A stretch of DNA of 64,000 nt from an uncultured Chloroflexia bacterium (GTDB lineage Bacteria > Chloroflexota > Limnocylindria > QHBO01). Positions within the stretch are counted from its first letter, which is position 1. Each line of letters opens with the position of its first letter. The stretch is from positions 224,001 to 288,000 of the forward strand of contig CAWHAZ010000005.1 of the NCBI GenBank assembly GCA_963827475.1, in the 5' to 3' direction. A program made the position numbers and the translations under genes. The notes under the pieces are model-generated. The model ran no database searches, had not been told where the DNA came from, and was given only the letters and a program-made list of their open reading frames with translations. Below are positions 31,114 to 41,554 of this stretch, piece after piece.

Positions 31114-31218
31114 GGGGCGTGATCCTCCCGGCCTGATGGGCTAAGCCACAGGAGTCTAGCGCCCGTGGCCAACGGTTGGGCGCCGAGCGCAGACGTCTCG
31201 TCTAGACTGCACGCCCGT

Positions 31219-33399
31219 ATGCAGATCGTCCCGCAGCTGATCGGCTACCCCCGGATCGGGCCCAACCGCGAGCTCAAGTGGGCGCTGGAGCGCAACTGGG
31301 CCGGGCGGTCGGACCGCGCCGCCCTCGATGCCCAGGTTGCCGAGCTGCGCGCGGCCCACCTCGCCGAGCAGCGCGAGCTGACCGGCACGGCAGTGGACGA
31401 CTTCTTCCTGTACGACGAGGCGCTGGAGACCGGGCTCATGCTGGGCATCGCGCCCGAGGAGCTCGCCAGCCAGCTTGCCACCGACCCGTTCGCCGTGCTC
31501 ACGATCCTCTCCCGCGGCAGCGCTGACCGCGAGGCGTGGGAGATGACGAAGTGGTTCGACACCAACTACCACATGGTCGTGCCCGAGGCGGACCGGCCGG
31601 TGACCGAGCTGCGCCCCCTGCCCTGGCGCGAGCCGACCGGCGATGGCGCGATCTGGCCCATCCTCGGCCCGTACTCCCTTGCCCGCCTGGCGAAGGTCGC
31701 CCCCGGGCTCGATCGCGCCGAGCTGGCGGCCTCGGCAGGGGCGGCCACCTGGCGCTGGGTACGCGCGCAGGCCGCACGCGACCCCGGATTCCGTCTCCAG
31801 ATCGACGAGCCGTGCCTTGGCCTGGTCCTGACCGATGACGACCGCCGCCTCCGGGATGCGGCCTACGCCGACGCCGCGCTCGGGTTGACCGAGACGCCGA
31901 TCGTGACTGTCCAGTTCGGCGAGGCCGATTCGGACAGCATCGAGATGCTCGGCGGACTCGGGTTCGCGGTCCAGGTGCCGCTGGCCTCGCTGCCGCAGCT
32001 GGCCGGGACCACGGCCTGGTCATCGCTGCCCGAGCTGGTCGTGTCGGTGATGGATGGTCGGAGCGTGTGGGCCGACCACTACGCGCCGGTCCAGCAGGCG
32101 CTGGCCGCCCTCGGCGACGAGGCGCGCACGGTCCGGATCGTGCCCAGCACCAGCCTGATCTTCCTCCCGTACACGGTGGAGGGCGAGGACCTGCCCGCCG
32201 GCTTCCAGTTCGCCCGGGAGAAGGCGCGGACCCTCGCCGCCTGGGGCGCGACCCTGCCGGGCGCCGGGCCGGAGCCCGCGCAGGCACCCCCCGTCACGTG
32301 GCCCGAGATTGGCACCCTGGAAACCCGCGCCTCGCGCGCCGAGCGTGCCGCGGCCCAGGCGGACCTCGACCTGCCCGCCTACCCGACCACGACCATCGGC
32401 TCACTGCCCCAGACGTCCGACGTGCGACAGCTGCGCGTCAAGCTGGGCCGGGGGGAGATCGACGAAGCCGCCTACGACGCCGAGATCACCCGGCTCATCC
32501 ACCACGCCATCCGCTGGCAGGAGGAGATGGGCCTCGACGTCCTGGTCCACGGCGAGTTCGAGCGGACCGACATGGTCGAGTACTTCGCGGTCCAGATGGA
32601 CGGCTACCACACCACCAAGGCCGGATGGGTGTCCTCGTACGGCAGCCGATGCACCCGCCCGCCCATCCTCGCGGCCCCGCCGACCATCAGCGAACCGATG
32701 ACCGTCGCCGAGTGGCGGATCGCCCAGGACGCGACCGACAAGCCGGTCAAGGGCATGCTCACCGGCCCCGTCACCATCGTGAACTGGAGCTTCCGCCCGC
32801 CCGGCATCGACGACGACCGCCTGTTCTGGGCGGTGGCCCAGCCGATCGCCGAGGAGGTCCGCCACCTGGTCGACGCCGGAGCGCGGGTCATCCAGGTCGA
32901 CGAGCCGGCGGTCCGAGAGCGCTGGCCCCTGCCCACCGCCGACGCCGAGACAAAGCGCGAGATCTACGCGCGGGGCGTGCGCGCCGCGCTGGACCATGTC
33001 TTCAACCAGCCGGCCGGGGTCCAGATGCACACCCACATGTGCTACGGGACCGATGCGTCGATCGCTGCGCTGTGGACCGACGTCGGCGTGGACGTGGCGT
33101 CCATCTGGTACGCCCGCTCGGTGGACGATGACCGGATCCGGGCCTTCTATGTCGGACCCTCGGACGGACATCTCCAGATCGGGCCGGGCCTGTTCGACGT
33201 CCACTCCCCGCACACCCCGGGAAGCGAGATCATGGACGAGCGACTCCGCCACTTCGAGGACTACATGGCGCCGTCCGACGTGTGGGCCAACCCCGACTGC
33301 GGGATGAAGACCCGGACCTGGGACGAGATCGAGCGCCAGCTGACCGACATGGTGGCGGCGGCCCGCCGCCGGCGGGCCGCCATCGGCTCCGAGCCCTGA
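31219..33399 (+). CDS. metE: Cobalamin-independent methionine synthase (divergent)
   Basis: GYPRIGPNRELK, KWFDTNYH, TTTIGSLPQ, HGEFERTDMVEYF, SYGSRC, KGMLTGPVT, QVDEPA, HTHMCY and NPDCG motifs. Confidence 0.9.
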   Translation: MQIVPQLIGYPRIGPNRELKWALERNWAGRSDRAALDAQVAELRAAHLAEQRELTGTAVDDFFLYDEALETGLMLGIAPEELASQLATDPFAVLTILSRGSADREAWEMTKWFDTNYHMVVPEADRPVTELRPLPWREPTGDGAIWPILGPYSLARLAKVAPGLDRAELAASAGAATWRWVRAQAARDPGFRLQIDEPCLGLVLTDDDRRLRDAAYADAALGLTETPIVTVQFGEADSDSIEMLGGLGFAVQVPLASLPQLAGTTAWSSLPELVVSVMDGRSVWADHYAPVQQALAALGDEARTVRIVPSTSLIFLPYTVEGEDLPAGFQFAREKARTLAAWGATLPGAGPEPAQAPPVTWPEIGTLETRASRAERAAAQADLDLPAYPTTTIGSLPQTSDVRQLRVKLGRGEIDEAAYDAEITRLIHHAIRWQEEMGLDVLVHGEFERTDMVEYFAVQMDGYHTTKAGWVSSYGSRCTRPPILAAPPTISEPMTVAEWRIAQDATDKPVKGMLTGPVTIVNWSFRPPGIDDDRLFWAVAQPIAEEVRHLVDAGARVIQVDEPAVRERWPLPTADAETKREIYARGVRAALDHVFNQPAGVQMHTHMCYGTDASIAALWTDVGVDVASIWYARSVDDDRIRAFYVGPSDGHLQIGPGLFDVHSPHTPGSEIMDERLRHFEDYMAPSDVWANPDCGMKTRTWDEIERQLTDMVAAARRRRAAIGSEP

Positions 33400-33403
33400 C
33401 CCG

Positions 33404-34240
33404 ATGCTCTCCGAGCCCGATGGCTGGGTGGAGATGGTCGAGGTCAACCCGCCGAAGCTCCCGAACCTCACCCACCGACGCCTCGAGGGCCGCTGGCACG
33501 ACGTCCTGATCACCGACAACCCGTTCAAGCAGGTCCGGATGTCGCCGTACGCGTTCGCCGCACGGATCACCCATGACGTCCCCGATGTGCGGCCGACCGT
33601 CGTCTGCTCGACCCGGGATCGGAACATCCTGGCCATCGAGAGCGAGGTCCGCGGGGCGCTGGTCAACGGCGTCGAGTCATTCCTCGTGGTCCAGGGTGAT
33701 GTCCTGCCCGAGGTCGAGCACTGGAGCGACAGCTACGAGATCGTCGCCCACCTGCGCGCGCTGCAGGACACGGTGGCCCCGGTCCGGTTCGAGGTCGGGA
33801 TGTCGACCCGGTCGCGGAAGTGGATGCTCGAGCGCCGGATCGAGGCCGGCGGGCAGTTCTTCACCACCGGCCCGCTCATGGATCCCGACGGGGTCGAGGC
33901 GGTAGCCGAGCGACTGGGGATCGGTGCGGGGAGTGACCGGCCTCCGATCTACCTCGAGCTCACCCCGCCGTTCTCCTCGGCCTGGATCCACCGCCTCGAG
34001 GGCGTGGGCGCGATCCCGGTCAGCGACGGCCTTCGCCGGCGACTGGAACGCGTGCCCGAGGAGGACCGGCGTCGCGAGGCGTGGCGCGTCGCGCGGGAAA
34101 CGGCGTCCCGGGCCCGGGAGGTCGGGTTCTCCGGCGTGATCCTCATGGGCCTCCGTTTCGAGACGGTGGTCGGGGAGGCGCACGACATGTGGCACGCCAC
34201 CGATACCGCCGAGGACGCGCTCACCCCCGCCGCGCGCTGA
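33404..34240 (+). CDS. metF: Divergent methylenetetrahydrofolate reductase-like protein
   Basis: EVNPP, ITDNP, STRDRNILAIES, VVQGD and RIEAGGQFFTT motifs; directly follows metE. Confidence 0.65.
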   Translation: MLSEPDGWVEMVEVNPPKLPNLTHRRLEGRWHDVLITDNPFKQVRMSPYAFAARITHDVPDVRPTVVCSTRDRNILAIESEVRGALVNGVESFLVVQGDVLPEVEHWSDSYEIVAHLRALQDTVAPVRFEVGMSTRSRKWMLERRIEAGGQFFTTGPLMDPDGVEAVAERLGIGAGSDRPPIYLELTPPFSSAWIHRLEGVGAIPVSDGLRRRLERVPEEDRRREAWRVARETASRAREVGFSGVILMGLRFETVVGEAHDMWHATDTAEDALTPAAR

Positions 34241-34273
34241 TCCCGATCGGGCCATCGCGCGACCAGCGTCGGG

Positions 34274-35566
34274 TCACGGGCCTCTGGCATCCACCACGAG
34301 AAGCCAGCCGGGGGGGATCTCGATCGAGCAGGGTCCCCTTGTCATGTCAACGCACTCTGCGAACGGACCCCATTCAACCGCTGGCAGGCCGGCCAGTTGA
34401 TAGTCCACCAGGATGCCGACGAGCAGCAAGACGCAGGTGAGCGCCAACAGGACTTTTCTGATTCTGTCGAGGGGCCACGACACGACCAGGCTCACATACA
34501 GGACAGCCTTTGGAATCAGGAAGAACCGTGCAGCAGCCATGGGCCAGAGGAGCATTTGCATGCTCGAGCCTGGCTGCGTCATCGCCCACAGGGCCAACAA
34601 CCAGCCTCCGGCCAAAGACAAGAGCAGGGCGCCTATCTCCAAGGAGCGGCCACGGATCCAGATAAGCGCCAGCGCTGTCGTCAAGGCGATACTGAGGAAC
34701 ACCGCCAAGGCCCCCGGTGATCCCGGCGGCCATAGAGCCGCAAGGCCGCTTTCGCCAAGGGCGGCCGTCGCCATCACCCGCTTAGCCAGGATCAGCACCG
34801 CGACACCGGGGTCGGAGGCCACGTCTGCGATGCTCCCTCGACGGCTCGAGCTCATGAGGAAGCCAAGCTGCATTCCGATGCCCAGAAGGGCAAGTGCAAG
34901 CAGCGTGATCGAATGGCGAGATCTATTGCGAAGGGCGCGCAAGGCGAGGGCCGGGATGCCGAAGAGGGCGACGAATCCGGACGTCGCGGCCAAGGCGACA
35001 TAACCGACCTCACCGAACTTGGCCCAGCCCCGGTGCGGATCGCGGAGCATGCCAAGGAGAACCAGCCCGACGCCCAGCCACCAATGGGCGTTGCTCAGCG
35101 TTGCGTAGGTTTCACCGACTCCGGGAGCGCAGAGCAGGGCCAGCATGCAAACGAACCTGGCCTGAATCGGAACCGGGTCCCGCCATCGCGACGAAAGCAC
35201 GATCCCGCATGACAGGACTGCGAAGATGATCGCAACGGCCGCATACAGCGTTGGCTGAGCCGACACGGGCAGGGGCGCGACGAGAGTGGCCGCGAGCCTT
35301 TGCGCCACGAAAATCTGGCCGGCGTACTCTGCGAACGCCGCGCTCCAACCTTGCTCAATCGCATCTTTGAAGAACACCGTGCCGTCTTCTCCCCAGAACG
35401 TCGGCGCGGTGAGGCTTGTTGGACTACGCATGATGTACATGCACGCCGCCACCAACAGCATGCTGGCCACGACCACGGTTGCCCGATGGCGTTCGTGAAT
35501 GCCGAAACGCTGAAATGGGTTGTGCCGTTGCGCTTCTCTTCGATTGAAGGGTCCGGCGTCAGCCAT
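34274..35566 (-). CDS. Polytopic membrane protein, GT-C/GtrII-like glycosyltransferase candidate
   Basis: First TM followed by acidic FWGEDG and YAG motifs, then about 10 TM helices. Confidence 0.55.
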   Translation of the reverse strand: MADAGPFNRREAQRHNPFQRFGIHERHRATVVVASMLLVAACMYIMRSPTSLTAPTFWGEDGTVFFKDAIEQGWSAAFAEYAGQIFVAQRLAATLVAPLPVSAQPTLYAAVAIIFAVLSCGIVLSSRWRDPVPIQARFVCMLALLCAPGVGETYATLSNAHWWLGVGLVLLGMLRDPHRGWAKFGEVGYVALAATSGFVALFGIPALALRALRNRSRHSITLLALALLGIGMQLGFLMSSSRRGSIADVASDPGVAVLILAKRVMATAALGESGLAALWPPGSPGALAVFLSIALTTALALIWIRGRSLEIGALLLSLAGGWLLALWAMTQPGSSMQMLLWPMAAARFFLIPKAVLYVSLVVSWPLDRIRKVLLALTCVLLLVGILVDYQLAGLPAVEWGPFAECVDMTRGPCSIEIPPGWLLVVDARGP

Positions 35567-35617
35567 ACCCCGGCGCTCCCTTATCTTGGTGGTGCACTAT
35601 GAGCGACCCCGTAACCT

Positions 35618-37558
35618 TTGAACGATGAACTGACCGCGGCCGGCCGTGGCGCAGGCCCCCAGGAGAACTCCGGGCGGAGTCGGCTGGTGACCTGGTTCTG
35701 GATCCGCAAGCACGGTGCCGACCTGGCGCTCGGGACACTGATCGCGCTGGTCACGTGGCCAGTTCTCAACACTCCCCCGAGCATCGGTCTTGATGCCTCG
35801 TGGAAGGTTGGCCTGCACATGGCGGCTCAGGATGGAATGTCATTCGGGTCCGACATTCTCTTCACGTTCGGGCCGCTTGGATTCCTAGGTGATCCGCAGC
35901 CGTATCTGGGTAGGACGAGTGCGTTAGCCCTCGTCTTCGTTGGAGTCGTTCATGTCGGAGCATGCATCGGCTTGTTCCACCTCGCGCGGCTGGCCCTGGG
36001 AGGCCTAGCCGCATTTGCCCTCGTCATGGCGACAGCGTTCACGTTCCTCTGGGTGACGGGATGGATCCTCTATGGAGCCCTGATCTTCATTGTCAGTGCG
36101 ACCGCGGTCCTTCGCCGTTCGATCAATGGCACCGGGCTCGTCTTTGCGACAGTTCTGGGTGTTGCCGCGGGTATCTCTCTGCTCGGCAAACTCAACGTTG
36201 GCTTCGTGAGCTTCGTCATTGCAGGCATCGGGGTTCTGGGATCCGCGCACGACCCCCGTCGATCGGCGCTGACGTTTGGCGCGTCGACTCTGGCAGTGTT
36301 CATGGCGCTGTGGTTTGTCCTGTCCCAGGACGTCGGAGACCTCGCCGCTTACGCCCGCGGTGCAGTGGAGATCGCAGCTGGATTCGGACTCTCGATGTAC
36401 CAAGTCGATCCGCAGTCCAATTGGGCGGCTGGCGTCGCTGCGTTGGGCACAGGAATCTTTCTCTGCCTGGTCTGGATTCGCACTCGGGACGTGCCCAGAC
36501 GAGATCGGTTCGTCCTGTGGCTGCTTGTTGGTGCCATGGTTCTGGCAGCGTTTAAGGGAGGCTTCACGCGCCAGGGCCTCGGGATGGCGATCTATCTCGT
36601 CATATTGCTGTCTGTGTGGCCGGCGGTCGTGCCTCGAAATCTGTCCAGAGTGGCCATGGCCATGCCGGTGGCGGGGATACTCGCCATGGTCCTCGCCCTC
36701 ACCTCGCTGCCAATTGCCACGCTCGCAGACCCGGTGGCCCGCCTTCAGGCGGCTGTCCAACAGATGCGCACGGTGCTGATCGAACGGCATCAGGCGACAA
36801 TGGCCACCGCCTCGGCGCTGAGATCGCTGTACGCCTTGCCCGATGAGGTCGTTGCGCTCCTCGCCGGGCATTCGGCCGACATCCAGCCTTGGCAAGCATC
36901 GGTCGCGTATGCCTACCCTGAAATCCGGTGGAGTCCGCAGCCCGTGTTTCAGGCCTACGCAGCGTATACCCCGTACCTCGATCGCCAGAATGCCGATCTC
37001 CTGGTTGGGGTGCATGCCCCGGAGCGGGTACTGTGGCTGACCGATCCAGACGTCGGTCTGTCAATTGACGGCAGGAGTGTTTGGTTCGACTCGCCGGCAG
37101 CGAAGATCGAGATGGTTTGCCGGTATCTGCCGTTGGCATCCACTCCTGAGTGGCAAGTGCTCGGCAGGGTCGCCAACCGCTGCGGTCCCCCTATCCCCGT
37201 CTGGACGGCCGCGGGTGAGGTGGGAGCACCCGTTCAGATCCCGAGCGATCTACCGCCGGGCATTTTGACCATCCGCGTTTCCGGCATGGGCCAGGACTTC
37301 TTGACGAGGCTCATTACCCTCGCCTACGCGGCTCCTCCGTGGTACATCACGGTGGGGGGTGCGACATACCGAATCCCACTCGGGATCAATGGGGAGGCGA
37401 CGATAATTGCCGCCAACACTGATGTGGGACTCTCGGACGCACTGAGTCTTCCACCACCGCCGGATACCATCACGATAGGACCGAACGCAGGCGCTCCTGG
37501 GATCGGATCGCCACTGTCACTCGTTCTTGAGGTCATTCCGATAGGATCGGAGCCGTAG
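35618..37558 (+). CDS. Polytopic membrane protein with extracellular C-terminal domain, GT-C-like candidate
   Basis: GLDASW...FGSDILFTFGPLG after TM1, many TM helices, then PQPVFQAY and IDGR in a soluble domain. Confidence 0.55.
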   Translation: MNDELTAAGRGAGPQENSGRSRLVTWFWIRKHGADLALGTLIALVTWPVLNTPPSIGLDASWKVGLHMAAQDGMSFGSDILFTFGPLGFLGDPQPYLGRTSALALVFVGVVHVGACIGLFHLARLALGGLAAFALVMATAFTFLWVTGWILYGALIFIVSATAVLRRSINGTGLVFATVLGVAAGISLLGKLNVGFVSFVIAGIGVLGSAHDPRRSALTFGASTLAVFMALWFVLSQDVGDLAAYARGAVEIAAGFGLSMYQVDPQSNWAAGVAALGTGIFLCLVWIRTRDVPRRDRFVLWLLVGAMVLAAFKGGFTRQGLGMAIYLVILLSVWPAVVPRNLSRVAMAMPVAGILAMVLALTSLPIATLADPVARLQAAVQQMRTVLIERHQATMATASALRSLYALPDEVVALLAGHSADIQPWQASVAYAYPEIRWSPQPVFQAYAAYTPYLDRQNADLLVGVHAPERVLWLTDPDVGLSIDGRSVWFDSPAAKIEMVCRYLPLASTPEWQVLGRVANRCGPPIPVWTAAGEVGAPVQIPSDLPPGILTIRVSGMGQDFLTRLITLAYAAPPWYITVGGATYRIPLGINGEATIIAANTDVGLSDALSLPPPPDTITIGPNAGAPGIGSPLSLVLEVIPIGSEP

Positions 37559-37637
37559 CGGACCTACAAAGTCCGGCCTCTCAGGAAGGCACGTGTTGTC
37601 TGCTACCCTCATCCGGAGTCGACTGGGAGGGCCTCCA

Positions 37638-38879
37638 TTGAGTGCCGGCAATCTGGAGATGGCGGCGACAGCCACGAGCGTCGGAGCAGGCACGTTAGAC
37701 GTGGTCGTGGTTGGCGGCGCGGGGCATGTCGGTCTCCCGCTGAGCTTGACCCTTGCCCACGCTGGCTTGCGAGTGGGCATCTATGACATCGCGTCGCCAA
37801 TCCTCGCTCAGATCTCGAGGGCCGAGATGCCGTTCATCGAGAACGGCGCAGATACCCTCCTGTCGACCGTCCTCCAGTCCGGCCGTCTGGAGATGGCATC
37901 TCAGCCGGAGCTCTTGCGCCGTGCTGGGATCGTGGTGATCGTCATCGGCACGCCGATAGACGAGTTCCTCAATCCGTCGATGACTCTGTTCGAGCGCGCG
38001 GTAGACGACCTTGCCCCCTACATTCAACCGGGAGCTCTGGTGATCTTGCGAAGCACTGTATTCCCGGGCACATCTTCTTTCGTTGCTCAGGCTCTCTCTG
38101 CGCGCGGGTGTGTGGTCGATGTCGCGTTCTGCCCCGAGCGGGTTGCCGAAGGGCGCGCTCTCGAAGAGATTCTCAGTCTCCCGCAGATCATTGGTGCCGA
38201 TGACACCCAGGCAGGCGATCGGGCAGAAGAATTGTTCCGCAGGCTGGGAGCCGAGACGATACGCACGACGACGAAAGAGGCAGAGGTCGCGAAGCTGTTC
38301 ACGAACGCCTGGCGTTACATGAAATTCGCTGTGGCAAATCAATTCTTCATGATTGCCCACGCCGCGGGCATCGACTACAACCAGGTGCTGCATGCGGTCC
38401 GGCACGATTACCCTCGAGCACGCGACCTGCCGGGGCCCGGATTCGCCGCGGGGCCCTGCCTGCTGAAAGACACAATGCAGTTGGCCGCGTTCACCAGCGA
38501 CCATTTTCCGCTGGGTCAAGCAGCGATGCAGATCAACGAGGGTGTTCCCGCCTTCGTCGTTTCCGCGATGGAGAAGCGTTTTGGTTCGCTGCATGACCGA
38601 ACCATCGGCATACTCGGGATGGCCTTCAAGGCGGACTCGGACGATCCTCGCGCGTCACTCAGTTACAAACTGCGCAAGCTTCTGGCGTGGTCAGGCGCCC
38701 ATGTCCTCTGCACCGATCCGCACGTGCGCGATGCCCAGTTGGTTCCGTTGGAGCAGGTCCTGAGTGACAGCGAAATCCTGATTCTCGGGGCTCCGCACGC
38801 CGAGTATCAGGGCCTGAAAACGAGGGGAAGGGACGTGATCGACATCTGGGGAGCCCTGGGCAGCGGCATCCAGCTGTAG
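37638..38879 (+). CDS. Nucleotide-sugar dehydrogenase
   Basis: GGAGHVGLP, RSTVFPG, FCPERVAEG, KLFTNAWRY, GPCLLKD and GMAFKADSDDPR motifs; GGGAGG RBS before TTG at 37638. Confidence 0.9.
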   Translation: MSAGNLEMAATATSVGAGTLDVVVVGGAGHVGLPLSLTLAHAGLRVGIYDIASPILAQISRAEMPFIENGADTLLSTVLQSGRLEMASQPELLRRAGIVVIVIGTPIDEFLNPSMTLFERAVDDLAPYIQPGALVILRSTVFPGTSSFVAQALSARGCVVDVAFCPERVAEGRALEEILSLPQIIGADDTQAGDRAEELFRRLGAETIRTTTKEAEVAKLFTNAWRYMKFAVANQFFMIAHAAGIDYNQVLHAVRHDYPRARDLPGPGFAAGPCLLKDTMQLAAFTSDHFPLGQAAMQINEGVPAFVVSAMEKRFGSLHDRTIGILGMAFKADSDDPRASLSYKLRKLLAWSGAHVLCTDPHVRDAQLVPLEQVLSDSEILILGAPHAEYQGLKTRGRDVIDIWGALGSGIQL

Positions 38880-39901
38880 TGCGCGTTCTTGTCACAGGCG
38901 CGGCCGGATTCATCTGCGGTTACCTGATCGAGGAGCTCCTGTCCGCGGGGCACGAGGTCATCGGCCTGGACAACTACAGCAAGTACGGGCGCCTGTCCAA
39001 GAGCTACGACGAACACCCGAACTACCGATTCGTCGAAGGCGATGCCAAGGATCGTGGTCTCCTGAGTGACCTCGCCTCGGACTCAGACCAGGTCGTGGCA
39101 GCTGCGGCGATGATTGGCGGCATCAGCTACTTCCATGAGTTTGCCTTTGACCTACTTGCTGAGAACGAGCGGATCCTGGCCTCCACCTTTGACGCGGCGA
39201 TCGAGGCTCACAGGTCCCGGCGTCTGCAGCGGATCGTCGTGATCTCATCATCAATGGTGTTCGAGTCAGCGACGGTGTTCCCGACGCCCGAGGGCGCGCA
39301 GCTTGCTTCGCCGCCCCCTGTCAGCACCTATGGCTTTCAGAAGCTCTCCGCGGAGTACTTCGCGAAGGGTGCTTCAGAACAGTACGGACTGCCATACACG
39401 ATTCTCCGGCCGTTCAACTGCGTCGGAATCGGCGAACGGCGCGCCCTGCGCGATTCCAATGTCATGAGCGGGAACGTGCAACTTGCACTCTCTCATGTCG
39501 TCCCTGATCTGGCGCACAAAGTTATCGCTGGCCAGGATCCACTCCACATTCTTGGCGACGGATCTCAGGTGCGGCATTACACGTATGGCGGGGACCTTGC
39601 GCGCGGCATCGTCAAGGCGATGGAGTCGCCAAGAGCCATCAACGAGGACTTCAATCTGTCGACGCGGGCCTCCACGACGGTTCTTGAACTCGCCCGCGCG
39701 ATCTGGAGCAAGGTGCATGGCACCGGTCGAGACTTCCGGTACGTATCAGACTCACCCTTCGAACACGATGTCCAGCGGCGAATCCCGGACGTGCGGAAAG
39801 CTCAGTCCGTGCTCGGGTTCGAGGCGACCACGACGCTGGACGAGATGCTCGACGAAGTGGTGCCTTGGATCCGCGGGGAGTACGAGGCCGGCCGGCTGTG
39901 A
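38879..39901 (+). CDS. NAD-dependent epimerase/dehydratase (possibly UDP-uronate decarboxylase or epimerase)
   Basis: VTGAAGFICG, SSSMVFES, YGFQK, RPFNCVG and GDGSQVRHYTY motifs. Confidence 0.85.
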   Translation: MRVLVTGAAGFICGYLIEELLSAGHEVIGLDNYSKYGRLSKSYDEHPNYRFVEGDAKDRGLLSDLASDSDQVVAAAAMIGGISYFHEFAFDLLAENERILASTFDAAIEAHRSRRLQRIVVISSSMVFESATVFPTPEGAQLASPPPVSTYGFQKLSAEYFAKGASEQYGLPYTILRPFNCVGIGERRALRDSNVMSGNVQLALSHVVPDLAHKVIAGQDPLHILGDGSQVRHYTYGGDLARGIVKAMESPRAINEDFNLSTRASTTVLELARAIWSKVHGTGRDFRYVSDSPFEHDVQRRIPDVRKAQSVLGFEATTTLDEMLDEVVPWIRGEYEAGRL

Positions 39902-40566
39902 CCGATGACAAGGCGCTGGAGAGGGTCTACGAGCATCGATTTCCCGACTCGGAGGCGGTTAAGAAAGAGGCCGTCTGGAGCCAGATTTCACGGTACCTGC
40001 AGCGCTGGGTTCCCCGCAACGGCACGGTCCTTGACATCGGCTGCGACACCGGTCTTTTTGTTCGGCACATCCGGGCTCGCGAGCGCTGGGGGTCCGATAT
40101 CCGTGATGTGTCGCCGGCGCTCGCGCCTGATATCCACTTCGTGCGGGCCAGCGGTCTTGATCTCTTGCGCCACCTTCCGAGTGGCCACTTTGATGCCATC
40201 TTCATGAGCAATTACCTCGAGCATCTTCGCGACGGACACGCAGTCATCGAACAGTTCAATGTCGCTGCGGCGCTGCTGCGGCCTGGCGGCCGAGCGATCG
40301 TCCTTCAGCCCAACATCCGGCTGGTTGGCGGCCGGTATTGGGACTTCATCGATCATCGAGTTGCCTTAACTGAGCGAAGTCTGGTTGAGGCCGCCTCGCT
40401 CTCAGGGCTGGAGACTGAAGTCCTCTACACACGCTTCCTGCCGTATACGACCAAGAGCCGCCTGCCACAGGCGGCGTGGCTGGTTCGGGCATATCTGAGC
40501 TTCCCCCCAGCCTGGCGAGTTCTCGGTAAGCAGACGCTGTATGTCGGTCGCCGTCCGCGGCAGTAG
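39898..40566 (+). CDS. Class I SAM-dependent methyltransferase
   Basis: VLDIGCDTG, FDAIFMSNYLEH and LRPGG motifs; GTGA overlap with the upstream stop. Confidence 0.85.
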   Translation: MTDDKALERVYEHRFPDSEAVKKEAVWSQISRYLQRWVPRNGTVLDIGCDTGLFVRHIRARERWGSDIRDVSPALAPDIHFVRASGLDLLRHLPSGHFDAIFMSNYLEHLRDGHAVIEQFNVAAALLRPGGRAIVLQPNIRLVGGRYWDFIDHRVALTERSLVEAASLSGLETEVLYTRFLPYTTKSRLPQAAWLVRAYLSFPPAWRVLGKQTLYVGRRPRQ

Positions 40567-41554
40567 GTACGCAAGACTCGCTCCCTGGATTGGGCTTGCG
40601 ATCGCCGCCGCCTCCATCGCGATCCTCGCCCTCAACGTCGATCTCGGCGCGACGCTGGATAATCTCGCGGCCGCTGACTTTCGGCTCATGCTGCTTGTCT
40701 TGCCCGTCATGGGCGCGCAGCTGATGGTGCGGGCGGAGCGCTGGAAGCGCCTTCTCGCGGGGCTGGGGCACCATGCCGCGCGGCGTCGGCTGGTTCCCGT
40801 GCTGCTCGTGGGATATCTAGGGAACACCGCGCTGCCGGCTCGTGCTGGCGAGGTGATTCGGACCGGGCTCCTTTCGATCCGCGAGCAGATTCCCGGGGGT
40901 ACCGTTTTCGCGACTGTCGCCGTCGAACGCGTCCTGGACACGTTTACCCTCGGCCTCCTCGCGCTGGCAACCATGCTGGGCCTACTCGCCGGCGCGATTG
41001 GTTCGGCGGTTGTCGCCTCCGCCACTCTCGCCGTATTCGTCTCTATCGCGGCGCTGCTCCTGGCAAAAGGCTGTTCCCCGTGGGTCGCGCGGAAAGCCGG
41101 CGCGACTGCTGGTGGCCGCCTCCGCGGGATGGTCGGCGATTTCGCGGAGGCAATCAGCCGCTTGAAGGCGAGCACTCTGGTGGTGGCCGGGCTGTTGAGT
41201 GCTCTAGCCTGGGGAGGTGACGCGGTCCTGTTCTGGCTCTCTTCCCAGGCTGTCGGTCTTGACGCGTCCTTCGGCCAGGCATTTGTCATCGCATCGGTGG
41301 CCGTGATGGCAACCGCCATCCCGTCAGTGCCCGCCTACCTCGGGACCTTTGAACTCGCGTCCGTAGCCGCCGGCACGGCGCTCGGGCTGCCGCCGGAGGA
41401 GGTATTAGCCGTCGCTACCATCGCCCATGTGACAGTGATCGCAGTTGTCACCATCGCCGGTGCGACCTCAGCCATCCTGATTGGGTTCAGCTTCGGGAGC
41501 CGTTCCCGGATCGACGTCACCCTCCAACAACCTTCGGAGAGGGACCTTTCATGA
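40541..41554 (+). CDS. Lysylphosphatidylglycerol-synthase-TM / UPF0104 flippase-like membrane protein
   Basis: RAERW, GYLGNTALPARAGEVIR, AVERVLD and PAYLGTFE motifs. Confidence 0.85.
   Translation: MSVAVRGSRYARLAPWIGLAIAAASIAILALNVDLGATLDNLAAADFRLMLLVLPVMGAQLMVRAERWKRLLAGLGHHAARRRLVPVLLVGYLGNTALPARAGEVIRTGLLSIREQIPGGTVFATVAVERVLDTFTLGLLALATMLGLLAGAIGSAVVASATLAVFVSIAALLLAKGCSPWVARKAGATAGGRLRGMVGDFAEAISRLKASTLVVAGLLSALAWGGDAVLFWLSSQAVGLDASFGQAFVIASVAVMATAIPSVPAYLGTFELASVAAGTALGLPPEEVLAVATIAHVTVIAVVTIAGATSAILIGFSFGSRSRIDVTLQQPSERDLS

Noticed and set aside
31114..31218. SAM riboswitch upstream of metK or metE
   Set aside because: The metK leader is only about 35 nt with a weak GGCTT/AGGCC hairpin and matches no SAM-I/II/III/SAM-SAH consensus I recognise; metE appears leaderless.
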